From NCBI GenBank assembly GCA_009602735.1, contig WELA01003606.1, positions 391,653-439,016 on the forward strand: a stretch of DNA of 47,364 nucleotides, in the 5' to 3' direction. Shown here in pieces: positions 24,899 to 36,541 of this stretch. Positions within the stretch are counted from its first letter, which is position 1. Every line of letters begins with the position of its first letter. The translations under genes were made by a program, and so were the position numbers. This DNA comes from Mesotaenium endlicherianum (lineage: Eukaryota). The notes beneath the pieces were generated by a model. It saw only the letters and a list, made by a program, of their open reading frames with translations. It ran no database searches and was not told the DNA's origin.

Positions 24899-25899
24899 TG
24901 TCATGATTTATTGAGTCGAGGTTGTCGTATAAAATCCAAGCTCCACATGTGCAGAACATCAACCTAGGAAGGCCGACTTTGCATTGACTTTACGCATCCG
25001 TATGTTGACCTTTTCTAGATTTCCAAGTCACCGACGTGTAGCGCGTCGAAGCATCTTCCGAATGGCACCAATTTTGCGTCATTTGGTCGAGTATCGAGCG
25101 AGATAGGTGCGATCTAGTCCGCGTCACCTACGGGTCCCTAGCGAAACTTTCCTAAGGCCCAATTTGTGACTCAATGTCCCCGAAGGTGACATTGTTGGCT
25201 CTTCGTGACCCCAAGCTTTGTGCGCACAAATCCGCGAGCCCCTTAGCCTACATAAGCTTTGCATTTCCATAGTATATGTGCATCATTAAGGCTATAACTT
25301 GGTGACTGCATCACCTACTCCTAGAGGAAGCTTCCTCAATTTCCAGATCCACTTTTGAGGCGCTATCTAGGTAGAATCACCCAAGGTAAGCTCGGCCAAT
25401 GAGGGACACGTAGCATATGCTACGCACCTTGCTTTGATTGGTTTGAGTTATGCTTAGCCTATAGGAGTGCTAGTACATGCCTTGTACACATTAGTGGACA
25501 CAGGAGAGCCTCCTAGAGTGACTACATGCACTGGATCCGCCGCATACCCCACCGGATTTCCAGGAGTATAAGTATTAGAGATGTCCCTAGAAGAGACATC
25601 TTTTAGAAGTCCATTATGCCAGGTGTAAGCAACAGAGTTTATCAGTAAAGCTTACACTTTTATCTCTTGTGTTTTCAGGACCACTTAGTTACTCTCTTGT
25701 GAAGAGCAAGCCCTCCAGGCTTCCAATCACTTGAAGAATTTCACAAGTGGTGAGCAAAGTCATAGCTTAAGCCCTTGCCATAGGACTACTCTGAAGATCA
25801 TGATGTGCTTCCAGTGATCTTTTGGGCCATACTTCATTAGTTGTTTTCCTAACAGATTACAATCTTTAGGTGCTCACTCTGGAGAGTACACATTCCTTA
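24899..25899 (+). repeat. Repeat A1 (1001 bp)
   Basis: Direct repeat of 36542-37500; TATAAGTA at 25567. Confidence 0.95.
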
Positions 25900-25911
25900 C
25901 TTCTAAAAGAT
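25899..25911 (+). promoter_or_regulatory. Putative self-priming primer-binding site
   Basis: ACTTCTAAAAGAT is the exact reverse complement of ATCTTTTAGAAGT at 25598-25610, 31 nt after the TATA start; no TGG-type tRNA PBS here. Confidence 0.75.
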
Positions 25912-25947
25912 CTCTCTTTTCCTGCAAGCAATTAGAACCTTCAGCGT

Positions 25948-27138
25948 ATGCCTACCCGTAGTGGGCTTTCTTATCAGCCATACTACGAAGGGGTTAGTGG
26001 AGAAGACTCAGACTCAGATCTCAGCACTATCACTGAACCCGCTGAAGAAGAGCAACCTGCTCTCCAGCACACAGCAATTGCTTCTGAGCCATCTCCCCAG
26101 TGGGCTCACTACGATTTCTGGTATCCCATGGCAAGTGATCACGAGGTCAAGACTGACAGGTCTGCCTACCGCTCCAGCGGTAGGCCAGGCATCTGTGATC
26201 TAGAAGATACCATCTCGGAGTTTCAGGCTGACTTTGCGGCTGCAAAGCTCAAGACACCCACGCTAACTAAGCGCGACGGCTTCGACACGCTTATGCGCTA
26301 CCTCTCGCACGAGGCCCGCGACACCTTCCGTGAGAAGGAGGCCGAGCTCCGGACCCGCACTGAGCTTGTAGGTGACCCACCAGTGGCGACCCTGCTAGCT
26401 GATCCAGTGCCAGCCTTCTGGAACATCCTGAAGACAGATTTCCAGGCTGCAACTGAAGAGAAGGTGTACGAGCTGCACCATTTCTTCCGACGCAAGAACA
26501 AGACTATCCGCATGATGTACCGCCGCTTGGTGCACCTCCGCCGCGATGTCGGCACTGTCACTGACCGGGAGGCCGCGGAGATCTTCTTGCGCGCCGTCGA
26601 GCCGCGTCTGAGGGAGAGGGCCGTAGTCCCCCTCATCGACCGCCACGGTTCAGAGTATTCTCTGGAGCAGGCCTACCTCTCCGTTGAGAAGCAGAGCTTG
26701 GCCGCCGCACGGAGCAACATTAGCGATCGTGTGGGTTTAGCATCCACGGGCGTGCGCCAGGAGGCCTCAATGCTGCCGTCTTCTACGACGCGCTCGACGC
26801 CTACCCGCCAGCCCCTGTCGCAGCAGCAGCAGCCTCAGCGCTCTCAGTTGCCCCAGCAGACGCAGCAGCGCGGAGCTATGCGAGGCCGCATTTCCATGGC
26901 TGCCACTACGAGCGATCCCTGCTGGTCCTGCGGGAAGACGGGCCACTCACGCCAGAACTGCACTCTCGCGCAAAATGGCAAGCCCAGCGACTGCATTCTG
27001 GCAAGGCCAGCCACCTGCAGATCATTTGTCTGCAGGAAAAGCGCGACGTCAAGAACGGACGCGCTCGCGACAGCCCTACGCCTTCAACAGGACAGCGAGG
27101 CGCACGCAACCCTCGTACGGGTGGCCGCCCCGCGATGA
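25948..27138 (+). CDS. Gag-like protein with CCHC zinc knuckle
   Basis: 396-aa ORF; CWSCGKTGHSRQNC; a probable second knuckle is broken by a frameshift near 26995. Confidence 0.85.
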   Translation: MPTRSGLSYQPYYEGVSGEDSDSDLSTITEPAEEEQPALQHTAIASEPSPQWAHYDFWYPMASDHEVKTDRSAYRSSGRPGICDLEDTISEFQADFAAAKLKTPTLTKRDGFDTLMRYLSHEARDTFREKEAELRTRTELVGDPPVATLLADPVPAFWNILKTDFQAATEEKVYELHHFFRRKNKTIRMMYRRLVHLRRDVGTVTDREAAEIFLRAVEPRLRERAVVPLIDRHGSEYSLEQAYLSVEKQSLAAARSNISDRVGLASTGVRQEASMLPSSTTRSTPTRQPLSQQQQPQRSQLPQQTQQRGAMRGRISMAATTSDPCWSCGKTGHSRQNCTLAQNGKPSDCILARPATCRSFVCRKSATSRTDALATALRLQQDSEAHATLVRVAAPR

Positions 27139-29850
27139 TAGCAGCTACGGCCACGACGGACGCCGCATTGATGCCTGGAGCCGAATACTGCAGCTTCGAC
27201 GACGTCAGCGATGCCCTCGTGGAGGCCAACGCGGAGATTGCTAGACTCCGTGGCCTCGTCGACGTCCATAACTATGACGCGTGCGAAGCACTCCTCGCGT
27301 CCGCTCCACTATCCTACGCCACGGCACTGACAGCTGGCGCATGCACAGCTTCAGCGCACACATCAGGCTCAACGGCAGCGCCGCAGCCCCGCGCACGTCC
27401 GCATTACGACGTAGGGCCCGCTGCTAGAGCTGCAGGCGCCCGCACAGGCAGCTCTGCTAGCCCTGTGCGCAACGCTCTGACAGTTGTCAGCAGCAACAGC
27501 CGGAGTCCCGACAGACTGCCGGATGGCAGGCTGCACGACTGCGCGGTTGCGCCATCTTCCGACGCAAGCTCGCGCGCACGCGGGCCAGCCCGCAAGTCAG
27601 CGGAGGCCCCGACAGAGCCCCTGGCTTGCGCTTCCCTGCTGGCACCAGCAGGCCTCCCGTCAGCTCGCGTAGCGACAGCTGGCAGGCAGGGACGGGGGCA
27701 CCTGGCGGCGTGCACGGCTACAGCTGGTCCGGTCGCAGCCTCCCTCTCCGTCCGTGCGGCACGCCCGTGCGCAGCTCTGCGCACAGGCAGGGATAGCCGG
27801 TCCCCGCTGGCTGCTGCAGACAGCAGGCTCCAGCAGAATCCGCCATGTGGCACGTGCACGGCAGGCGAGGCCGCCTGTGCCGACAACAGCATGCACGCAC
27901 GCACGCTGGCTCACACGCGCGCCCAGCGCACTGCGCTGCCAGGTCCACGTTGCACCCGGCGACGCCACGACGTCGTCACAGCGGCAGCTGCAGCTGCGCA
28001 TAGCAGCTGCACCCACGCGCTGCCAAGTGGCGCGTGCGCGCAGGTCTGCACGGCCAGCGCAGCGACGGCCGCAGCGGCCGCCACCCTCGGTCAGCAAGGG
28101 GGGGTCCTGACTGCGCTGTGCGGCCGGATCGCCGGCAAAAGCGCCGACAGCGCACCCGCAGCTGCGCACATCCAGGGCTCAGCCCCTGCCGCACACGTGC
28201 TGCCACTTGGCACGCGCGCATGGCCCGGCTCAGCCCGTACAGATCCAGCGGTCGGAGCAGCCACCCGCAGTCAGGGGGGGGCTATACCCACTGCGCCACG
28301 CGGCCGGATGTTCGATCGCGGTGCCGACGGCCCGCGCACGGTTGCGCACAGCCAGGGCCTAAACCCTGGCTGCGCACAAAACCCCGGCAGCAGCCCAACG
28401 CAGGCTGCCGGGGGGCCGGTTAGCCCACGCATCGGGGGGAGGGCGCTGCGATCTTTGCCCGGGGCAGCCGAGATAGACGGCGCCACCGGTCCAGTGACCC
28501 TGCCCCTCGGCCCCAGCAGCCACCAGGGGGCGCCACCTGGCAGCCTCCTGGCAGCCCCGACCGCGCCAGCAGCTGCAGCAACTGCTGCAGCCGCGGCCGC
28601 ACACGCGCCGGGGTCCGCAACTTTTGCGGCCGAACCCGCGACCGGCTGCACGGCAGGCCTTGCGGCAGGCTGCGCAAGGAGTCCTGCGGCAGACAGTGCG
28701 GCAGTTTGCGCGGCAGGCTGCGCAGCAGGCCTCGCGGCGCGCCCTGCGGCAGACAGTGCGGCAATCTGCGCGGCAGGCTGCGCGGCAGGCGCGACGGCAG
28801 TTCCCGCCACCGGCTGCGCGGCAGGCGCGGCGGCAGATCTCGCAACGGGCCCCGCGGCAGGCCTCGCGGCAAGCTGCGCGCACGGCGCTGCAACAGGCCC
28901 CGCGGCAGGATGCGCGGCAGGTTTGCCGGCTGCGCCAGCAGCGGCCATTCTGGCCTGCTGCGCACGCGCGCAGCCACTCGTCAACCCCTCTGCAGTTGGG
29001 CGCGCGAGCCGCGAGCACATGCTCGCAGCACCGGCCAGTCGGCCCGTTGTTCCGCAGAAGCGCGCCGGGCCAGACCAGGGACGCCGGACAGAGGAGGCAC
29101 CGCGGCTGCCCCGTTCCTTCCGCATCCTAGAGCCCTCCACGACCTCAGCAGAGCCGACGCCACATGCGCTCGCTTCGCCTATGACGACGGTGCAGCTCAG
29201 CGCCGAGGTCATCTCTCTAGCACTGCACCGCATGCCGGCGGTCTCCTTCGCAGAGCTCGGCGTCTCCATGGAGGCAACGAGGCAGGTTGCTCAGCTGATG
29301 CTCCAGTCGCGCAGAGCCACGCTGCGCACCGCCGCCAGGTGCCCGACGGCCGATGCCGCCACCGCGGTGCGATCCGCGCCCGCGCGCCCTGCGCATGAGC
29401 GCAGGATGATCAGCACTCCTAACGCCGCGTTTTTGGATAATTCGCAGGGGATCGTGCTCGTCAACACCCAGGCGCCGCAGCGCATCATGTTCGACACAGG
29501 CGCGCAGCCGCTTCTCATCAGCCTCCGCTACTTCCGTCAGCTGGGACTCTCTTCCGCCGACTTGGAGGACTCTCCGACGCGCATTAACACCGCCGTCGGC
29601 GCGTCCAAGACCGTCGCCGGCCGCACGAGGTTAGCGCTACTGTCTGCGCCCAGGCACGGCAGACGAGACAACCATCCATCGCCACGCACTCGTCACTCCT
29701 TCCAAGTCCTTTGATGTGCTCCTAGGGCAGGACGTGCTCTTTTCCATTGGCGCTGCGGTCAAAAACTGGGCGGAGCGCGTCTTCTATCGTCCCAACTGGA
29801 GGACAGGGGGGACGCGCACCGCATCCTTGCCCCTTGACATTGTCGATCGC
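27135..29850 (+). pseudogene. Ala/Pro-rich spacer followed by retropepsin-like aspartic protease
   Basis: IMFDTGAQPLLIS (~29485-29520), then DVLLGQDVL after a frameshift (~29713). Confidence 0.8.
28640..28930 (+). repeat. GC-rich coding minisatellite (12-nt GCGGCAGGC-type period, 60-nt higher-order duplication)
   Basis: CCTGCGGCAGACAGTGCGGCA occurs at 28683 and 28743; encodes AAGC/AAGL/AADS repeats. Confidence 0.8.
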
Positions 29851-31772
29851 CGCCCAGCAGTGTCCGCTCTTTATGGCTTCATGGGGCTGGGCGATGGCCG
29901 GCAAGTGGTCAAGACCGATAAGGACGGGCCCGAGGACGAGGAGATCTCTGTGGGGGTGGACCTGCTCGAGCCACAAGACGAGGAGCCGGACCTACCTAGT
30001 GCCGAGTTCCACCTCACGCCTCAGCAGCAGGCGGATGTCCTGGCAGCCCAGGCCAGGGAGCAGATCCGCATCTGCATTGCCCACAGCGCGATGATGCGGC
30101 AGATGGCGGACGATGCCACTGAGGCCCTCGCCACGGCCAGCACAGCCATCGCTGCCGCCGCCCTTGCTCGCGGTGCGGCCGCAGCGCCTACGGCTCATCA
30201 GGGGGTCTCGGCCTCTCGCGGCGAGCCGTCCGCGAGGATCGACGTCCGCGTTTGCCACGACGTGCCTGTTGGCGTGGCCATTCAGTACGGTATGGACTCT
30301 CAGCCGCCCTCTCACAACGCCTCGCATCAGACCGGCGAGACCTGGCCTTGCACCACGGCATCCGAGGACGAGGTCATGCGGCAGGCAGCTTCTCCTGGCA
30401 GATCCAACGAGCAGTCCCTCAAGAGTGAGGAGGAGACGCAGTGGGAGCGACTGCCAGAGGCATCCGTCGAGATACTCAGCGCGGAGCCCCCGCCAGCTGC
30501 GCCTACGGCACGCAGGCAGCGCGCACCTACTGGTTTGCCCGGCTTCAGCGCACCCAGCTAGCCCATGACACACGACTGGTCCAGCAGGGCTCGCACCGAC
30601 GCCGCTGGACCCAGCCGTCCGACTGGCTCAAGTGCTCGACGAGCCACGAGTGTCGCCGCATTGCGCATTTGTTTGCGACGAGCCGGGATGCCGCGGCCTC
30701 CTCTAGCGCTGGCACACACTCCATACAGTAGCCAGTGCCCAGGCTCAGCGTCCGCGAGCCACCCCGCACGACCCCGTCTATCTGCGCCCATCTGACCTAC
30801 ACACATTGCACTAAGCCAACCATCGGGCCCGCTCGAGAGACCACTCCTCTCCGCGAGACGAGCCGCTCCCGATCGCTCACACCCCTTTGCGAGACGCGAG
30901 AGGTGACTCCCCTCCGCGAGACGCGAGCCTGCTCCATCACGCGGCCCTACGACAACAGGGAGCGCACGCCTCCTTACGATGACACGCGGGCCCGCGGGGA
31001 CACGCCGCCATACAACGATACTCGAGATCGATGCCGCACTCCGCCCTTTCGGCCCCTCTCAGCTGGCGACGACGCTCAGTCTTCTTCCGAGGCGCATTTT
31101 GTGATGCTGGCCCCTACAGCTCCGCACGCCAGCGTCCCTTGCAACCACATCGCTGGCGACTGTCCCTTCAGGTCACCTCCTCCCAAGGTGGCCCGCACCG
31201 ACAGCAGGCCGCCCAGTCGCCACCCATCTACAGCCGCCGCACGCACACGGCTCATGCCTAGTCTCCGGCAGCCCCGAGACGCGCCCGTCCCACAAGGGCA
31301 GCCCCGGCCGCGAGTCCAGCTGGCCCCTCGCCAGTTAGTTTGGTCCCCGCAGGAGGTCGACAGCTCCGAGCGCTCCGTCTGCACAGTCCCCTCTGCAGAC
31401 ATGCGCGCACGCCAGCGGGCCTACTTCGACCCGCACCCCTACTTGACTCAGCGTCCCGTTCTCGACCAGCTGGCCCACGCGGCCTCGCACCAAACTGACC
31501 GCGCCCAGCGCGACAGGTGGCAGCAGCTGTGCGTGGCCTCGGCCCGACGTCAGGCCCGCGTTGTCTCTCCGACAGCCCTGCAGGATGCGCGCCTGCGGTG
31601 GCGCACCTACCAGGACCACGCACGGGAGGAGCGTCCGCAGCCGCTCACTGACCGCATCCCCAGCCTTATGCGTGACTACGCAGACCGTGCTGTGGCCGCC
31701 CTCCGCGTGGCGCCACATCAGCACAACGGCAAGCGTACCTTCCCGCCGCCCGCTTAGCCCGGCACCCCCGCA

Positions 31773-33054
31773 ATGGGGTGTCGCCCACTTCCGACTCCTA
31801 TCTGCGCAGACGCTCTAGACGAGCGGCCCGGCGGCATCGTCCTCATCGAGCTCTTTGCCGGCATTGCCACCGAGTTGCTCGCGACCTTACAGGCCGGCAT
31901 CTCGGTGCGCCGCTATGTCTACGTCGATCCCGATCCTGAGGCCCAGCAGGTGGCCCGTCGGCAGATGGCGTTGTGCCACGAGCGGTTCCCAGACCTCCTT
32001 CCCGCGCACGCATTCCGCCGCGCTCGGACAAACTGGCCCATGGACATCCGCGACATCACCGTCGAGCATGTCACCCGACTTGGGCCCATTGACCTCGTCA
32101 TCGCCGATTGGGAGTGCCAGGGCTTCTCCAGAGCCGGGCGTGGCAGGGCGCTCAACGATCCCCGCACGGCCCTCTTTTGGCACTNACGATCCCCGCACGG
32201 CCCTCTTTTGGCACTTACTCCGCGTCCTCAACATTGTTGAGGATCGCCAGCCGCCTCACACACTCGCGTGGGTCCTGGAGAACGTGGCCGCGCGCCACGA
32301 TCACCGACCCGATGTTAGCGCCGACTTCGCTCTTTGCAGCAGCTTCGTCGGCCGCGAGGCCGTCACCGACGCTGCCCAGATTGGTTCCTTCGCGCACCGC
32401 GTCCGCGCCTACTTCACGAACCTGGCGATGCCAGGTACTCTCGAGGCGTTGGCCGCCTCTCATCAGCCTCACGCGCGAACCGTCGACTCCATCCTCGATG
32501 CCCCTTGTCTGGCCCAGCGCGTGACTGCACTACCACATCCCTCCATGGTGCGGTGTGAGGTCCTGCATGACGTCACTCGCGCGCTGCCGACTTTTGTCAG
32601 CCGCTACGACAGCGACGCCTTCGTCGGAGATCAGCGCGAGATGGTCATCGACCTGGAGACTGGCATGTTTGACAGGCTGCGTCCTGCGGAGATGGAGCGT
32701 GTCATGGGCTTCCCGCCACATCTCACACAGGTGGACGGTCTCACTGAGGTGAACCGCATTCGCCTCTTGGGGCAAGCAATTGACGCCAACGTCCTCACAT
32801 GGATTCTGCTGCAGACGCAGGCCTTGGCGCCTCTCTACGCCGCAGCTCGGCATCCCGAGCTGCCTCGGCCTGCCGATGATATGGACGATGACTCCACCGA
32901 CGATGACAATCCGGCCCCGCCCGGCACAACGTGGCATCCTCAGCGCGCAAGGCCTGCACTGCAGGCGCGCGCCCGCCCCCCCTCCCCACCGCCGCGCAGG
33001 GAGGACTCTGGTTTGCTGGTGGGGGGACGGCGGAGAGAGGAGTCCTCACAGTGA
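31773..33054 (+). CDS. DNA (cytosine-5)-methyltransferase domain within the polyprotein
   Basis: Motif I IELFAGI, III DIRDI, IV DLVIADWECQGFS (Cys 32115-32117), VI VLENV, VIII HRVRAYF, IX EMERVMGFP, X RLLGQAI. The two ORFs join in frame once the 30-nt duplicate + N at ~32185 is removed. Confidence 0.93.
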
Positions 33055-33150
33055 CCCAGGGAGTCCCGGTCACCCAAGGAGTCCCAGTCACCCTTTCTTT
33101 TTCCTTGCTCGCAGGCAGACGGTGCCAGGCAGCTGGCCGCAGCTGCCACG

Positions 33151-34700
33151 GTGCAAGTACCCGCGGCAGGCCGAGCGCCAATCGGTGCAGGGCAGGTGAC
33201 ACCTACAGCACCACAGTCTACCCCAGCGGCAAGACAGGTGGCTCCAGCTGCAGGCCAGGCGACGCCACCAGCTCCACTGACATGGAAGCTGGGGGGGACA
33301 CTCACCAAGGCGCAGGCTGCACAGTTGACGGCACTGCTGGACGAGAGGCGCAGCACCAACTTTGCCAGCCGCATGCACGATCTTGGGCGCTACAGGGGGG
33401 ACTCCATGCGGATTACTCTCACGTCGCAGGAGCCCGTTTTCCTGAAGCGTTATTGCTACAGCCACTTTGAGGATGGCTTGATCAGCGCGCAGACAGGCAA
33501 GCTGGAGGACAGCCGGCTCATTCGGGAGTCCTCCTCTCGCTATGCCGCACCCACGGTCATGCCGACCAAGAAGGATGCCTCGGGCAACTGGTCCGAGAAG
33601 AGGATGTGCGATGACTATTGTAGGCTGAACGAGGTCACCGAGCAGGACAGATATCCTATGCCGACGCCTGACGAGATCTTTGACGACATTGGCACGTGCA
33701 CTTGGTTCTCAGTGCTGGATCTGCGTCAGGGCTTCAACCAGATTCCCATCGCCGAGGAGGACCAGCATAAGACGGCGTTCTGGGGAGCACAGCGGCTCTA
33801 CGAGTGGGTGGTGATGCCGTTTGGGTTGAAGAACGCGCCAGCTACCTTTCAGAAGGTGATGGATAAGGAGCTAGCCGGGCTGTCCTTTGCCCGATGCTAC
33901 ATTGATGACGTGCTCGTCTTCAGTCAGACGTTTGAGGAGCACGTGGCGCACATCACTGCTGTCCTGGACCGCTTGGAGGGCGCTGGGCTCAAGTGCCATC
34001 CAGGCAAGTGCACTTTTGGGACCCGCGAGGTGGAGTACCTTGGCCACCTGCTCTCCTCCAGCGGATTGGCACCCCAGCTGGCGAAGATCTTGGCCATCAC
34101 AGGCATCCCACCTCCTACAGATCTCTCGCAGCTGCGGGCCTTCCTCGGCATCGCCAACTACTACCGCCGCTTCGTGCCAGGGTTCAGCGAGCTAGCCAAG
34201 TTGCTCAACGACTTGCTCCGCAAGGGCGTTGCCTACGTTTGGGGACCAGAGCAGCAGGCGGCATTCGATAAGCTCAAGGAGCTGTTGGTGAGCGATCCTG
34301 TGCTTCGGCGTCCTGACTACGCGAAGCCCTTCATCCTCCACACCGACTGGTCGCAGGCAGGGCTCGGCGCTGTGCTGGTGCAGGAGCATGACGGCTTCGA
34401 GCATGTGGTGGCCTACGCCAGCCGCAGCAACAACCGCGCGGAAGGCAATTACGGCTCCTACGAGGGGGAGTGCCTGGCAGCGGTCTAGGCGATCGTGCAC
34501 TTCAGGCACTATCTCTACGGCACGCACTTCCGCCTGGTCACCGACCATCAGCCACTTAAGTGGCTCATGACGTCGGAGCGCTTGACCGGCAAGTACGCAC
34601 GGTGGGCGCTTATCTTGCAGGAGTACACCTTCGACGTGCACCACCGTCCAGGCTCGACCAACCTGGACGCTGACGGTCTCAGCCGTAACCCGCTGCCCTC
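33151..34700 (+). pseudogene. Ty3/Gypsy reverse transcriptase + RNase H
   Basis: DLRQGFNQ, MPFGLKNAPATFQ, YIDD, LRAFLG; RNase H HTDWS...ECLA...TDHQPL...ADGLSR; one TAG (likely from TGG) at 34486. Confidence 0.95.
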
Positions 34701-34940
34701 CTCGAGGGATCTCACTGTGGCCCGCCACGATGAGGATGAGCCAGTGGCCTGGCACGCGGCGGCCTTCCTGGCCTTCACCGTGGACGGCGATGTGCGGCCC
34801 GCAGGGCTCACTGGCCTGGACATGGTGACCGTCACCACTTGGCGATTGGCCCTGGCAGCGGCAGAGGATCAGGACAGCTGGCAGCGCGGTCCCGAGGACG
34901 TGTGGGACGACGCCCCAGTGCTGCAGTACGTCACGGCCAN

Positions 34941-36203
34941 ATCACGGCCAAGGAGTTGGCACCTGATGTCAGCGCACGCGAGCGGGACCGCATCCTCAGG
35001 CGCAGCCGCGACTTCATTTTCATGGAGGGGCGTGTGCGGCGCGTGATGGCGAACGGCTCCGTCCTGGTGGTCCCTGAGCCTGCCATACGCAGTCAGCTGG
35101 TGCGCCGAGTGCACGAGTCCCTCGGGCACTTCGGTGTCAAGCGCACCCTCAGTCTTCTTCAGGCCGAGTACTGGTGGCACGGCATGACTAAGGTCGTCGC
35201 CGCTGTTGTCAGCAGCTGCACTCTCTGCGACCGTGTGCGCTCGAGCTTCACAGCGCGCACCGTTGCCCTCAGCCCCCTTCCTATTCAGGGGCTGTTCTAC
35301 AGGTGGTCGCTTGACTTGGCTGGAGAGCTGCCCAAGTCTCGCCAGGGCAACCTCTACGTCTTGGTGATGATTGAGCACATGTCCAAGTGGATCGAGCTCG
35401 TGCCCTTGCCCAACAAGGTCAGTGAGGGGATCGCTCAGGCCTTCCTCCATCAGGTCCTTAGCCGTTTTGGCGGCTGCGCTGAGGTGCTGACCGACCAGGG
35501 CAAGGAGTTCCAGGGCAGCTTTCAGAAGCTGCTGGAGCGCTCTATGATCGACCACCGCACCACCTCCCGCGATCATCCTCAGGCTGACGGCCTCGCCGAG
35601 CGCATGGTGCAGACCGTCAAGCTAGGGTTGCGGAAGTACTGCCTTGCCCACGACCGTACCCACTGGGACGACGCCCTCCCTTGGCTGGCGATGGGGTACA
35701 GGTTCAGTAAGCAGGCCTCCCTGGCCTCGCACTCTCCCTACTTCCTTCTCTACAGCCGACAGCCCATCCTGCCAGCAGCAGCCAGGACTGTGGCCGAGAA
35801 CGTCTTGGACTTGGACAGTCCCGAGACATGGAGTGCTCTTATCGGGCAGCGTGATCAGCTCTTTCGGCGCCTGATGCCCATGGCCATGGATAACCTCAGT
35901 ATCGCACAGCATCGGAACACACTGAGGTACGCCATGACTCGTGGAGGAGCCTATCATCCGCGGGTGTTGCAGTTTTCCGCAGGTGACTTCGTGTACCTGC
36001 GACGCCAAACGAAGAACACCCTCGACACCAGCAGCTCGCCGGTCATCCTGCGCGTCAAGCGTGCCTTGGCGTCAGGAGTCCTGAAGCTGGAAGGCGCAGA
36101 TGACCGTCTTCACAAGGACCACACGAAGAACTGTGGGCCGTGCCACCTTCCTAACCTTGACTTGCAGGTCCGTCCCCGCGACGCGCGGCCGCCCAAGGAC
36201 TAG
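34941..36203 (+). CDS. DDE integrase (HHCC + rve core)
   Basis: HESLGHFG...CTLC; SLDL, TDQG, LAERMV; no tyrosine-recombinase motifs seen. Confidence 0.93.
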   Translation: MTAKELAPDVSARERDRILRRSRDFIFMEGRVRRVMANGSVLVVPEPAIRSQLVRRVHESLGHFGVKRTLSLLQAEYWWHGMTKVVAAVVSSCTLCDRVRSSFTARTVALSPLPIQGLFYRWSLDLAGELPKSRQGNLYVLVMIEHMSKWIELVPLPNKVSEGIAQAFLHQVLSRFGGCAEVLTDQGKEFQGSFQKLLERSMIDHRTTSRDHPQADGLAERMVQTVKLGLRKYCLAHDRTHWDDALPWLAMGYRFSKQASLASHSPYFLLYSRQPILPAAARTVAENVLDLDSPETWSALIGQRDQLFRRLMPMAMDNLSIAQHRNTLRYAMTRGGAYHPRVLQFSAGDFVYLRRQTKNTLDTSSSPVILRVKRALASGVLKLEGADDRLHKDHTKNCGPCHLPNLDLQVRPRDARPPKD

Positions 36204-36389
36204 GCGTGCCAGATCTGTCACAGCACTGGCCAGGAGGCCAAGATGCTGCTCTGCGACAGCTTCAACCTCGGCTTCCACATCGGCTGCCTCGACCCGCAGC
36301 TGGCCCGCGTGCCAGTTGGAGATTGGTTCTGCGGAGACTGCACTGAGCTAGCCTTAGGCAGCGTACACAGCCTATCAGCTAGATGCTGA
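36204..36389 (+). pseudogene. PHD finger, in frame after integrase (separated by one TAG)
   Basis: ACQICHSTGQEAKMLLCDSFNLGFHIGCLDPQLARVPVGDWFCGDC fits C4HC3 with the fourth Cys changed to Phe; not in the ORF track. Confidence 0.9.
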
Positions 36390-36394
36390 GAGCT

Positions 36395-36403
36395 GGGGGG
36401 GGA
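36395..36403 (+). promoter_or_regulatory. Putative polypurine tract (G8A) preceding B1
   Basis: Lies just after the pol stop and immediately before the repeated segment. Confidence 0.65.
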
Positions 36404-36539
36404 ATTAAAACATTTTCGACTTGACTCCCTTTTTGGCTATAACGCCACATGTATTATAGACTCCATTGCAGCACAGCCTGCTTGCCTATGATGTGTTGCT
36501 TATGCCTATGGTGCACACTCGACCTCGTAACGCACGACA
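36404..36539 (+). repeat. Repeat B1 (136 bp)
   Basis: Direct repeat of 37501-37636; ends CACGACA. Confidence 0.95.
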
Positions 36540-36541
36540 AC

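Noticed and set aside
28640..28930. CRISPR-like array
   Set aside because: Degenerate in-frame tandem repeats without unique spacers or cas genes; eukaryotic context.
32155..32215. Frameshift in the methyltransferase
   Set aside because: An exact 30-nt duplication around an N is a scaffolding artefact; removing 31 nt restores the frame.
34930..34952. Programmed frameshift between RNase H and integrase
   Set aside because: The frame change coincides with an N flanked by repeated TCACGGCCA, so it is probably an assembly gap. The same applies to the N at 9066.
26298..36351. Numerous overlapping and antisense ORFs in family S
   Set aside because: Expected from high GC content and shadowing of the real frame; no recognisable motifs.
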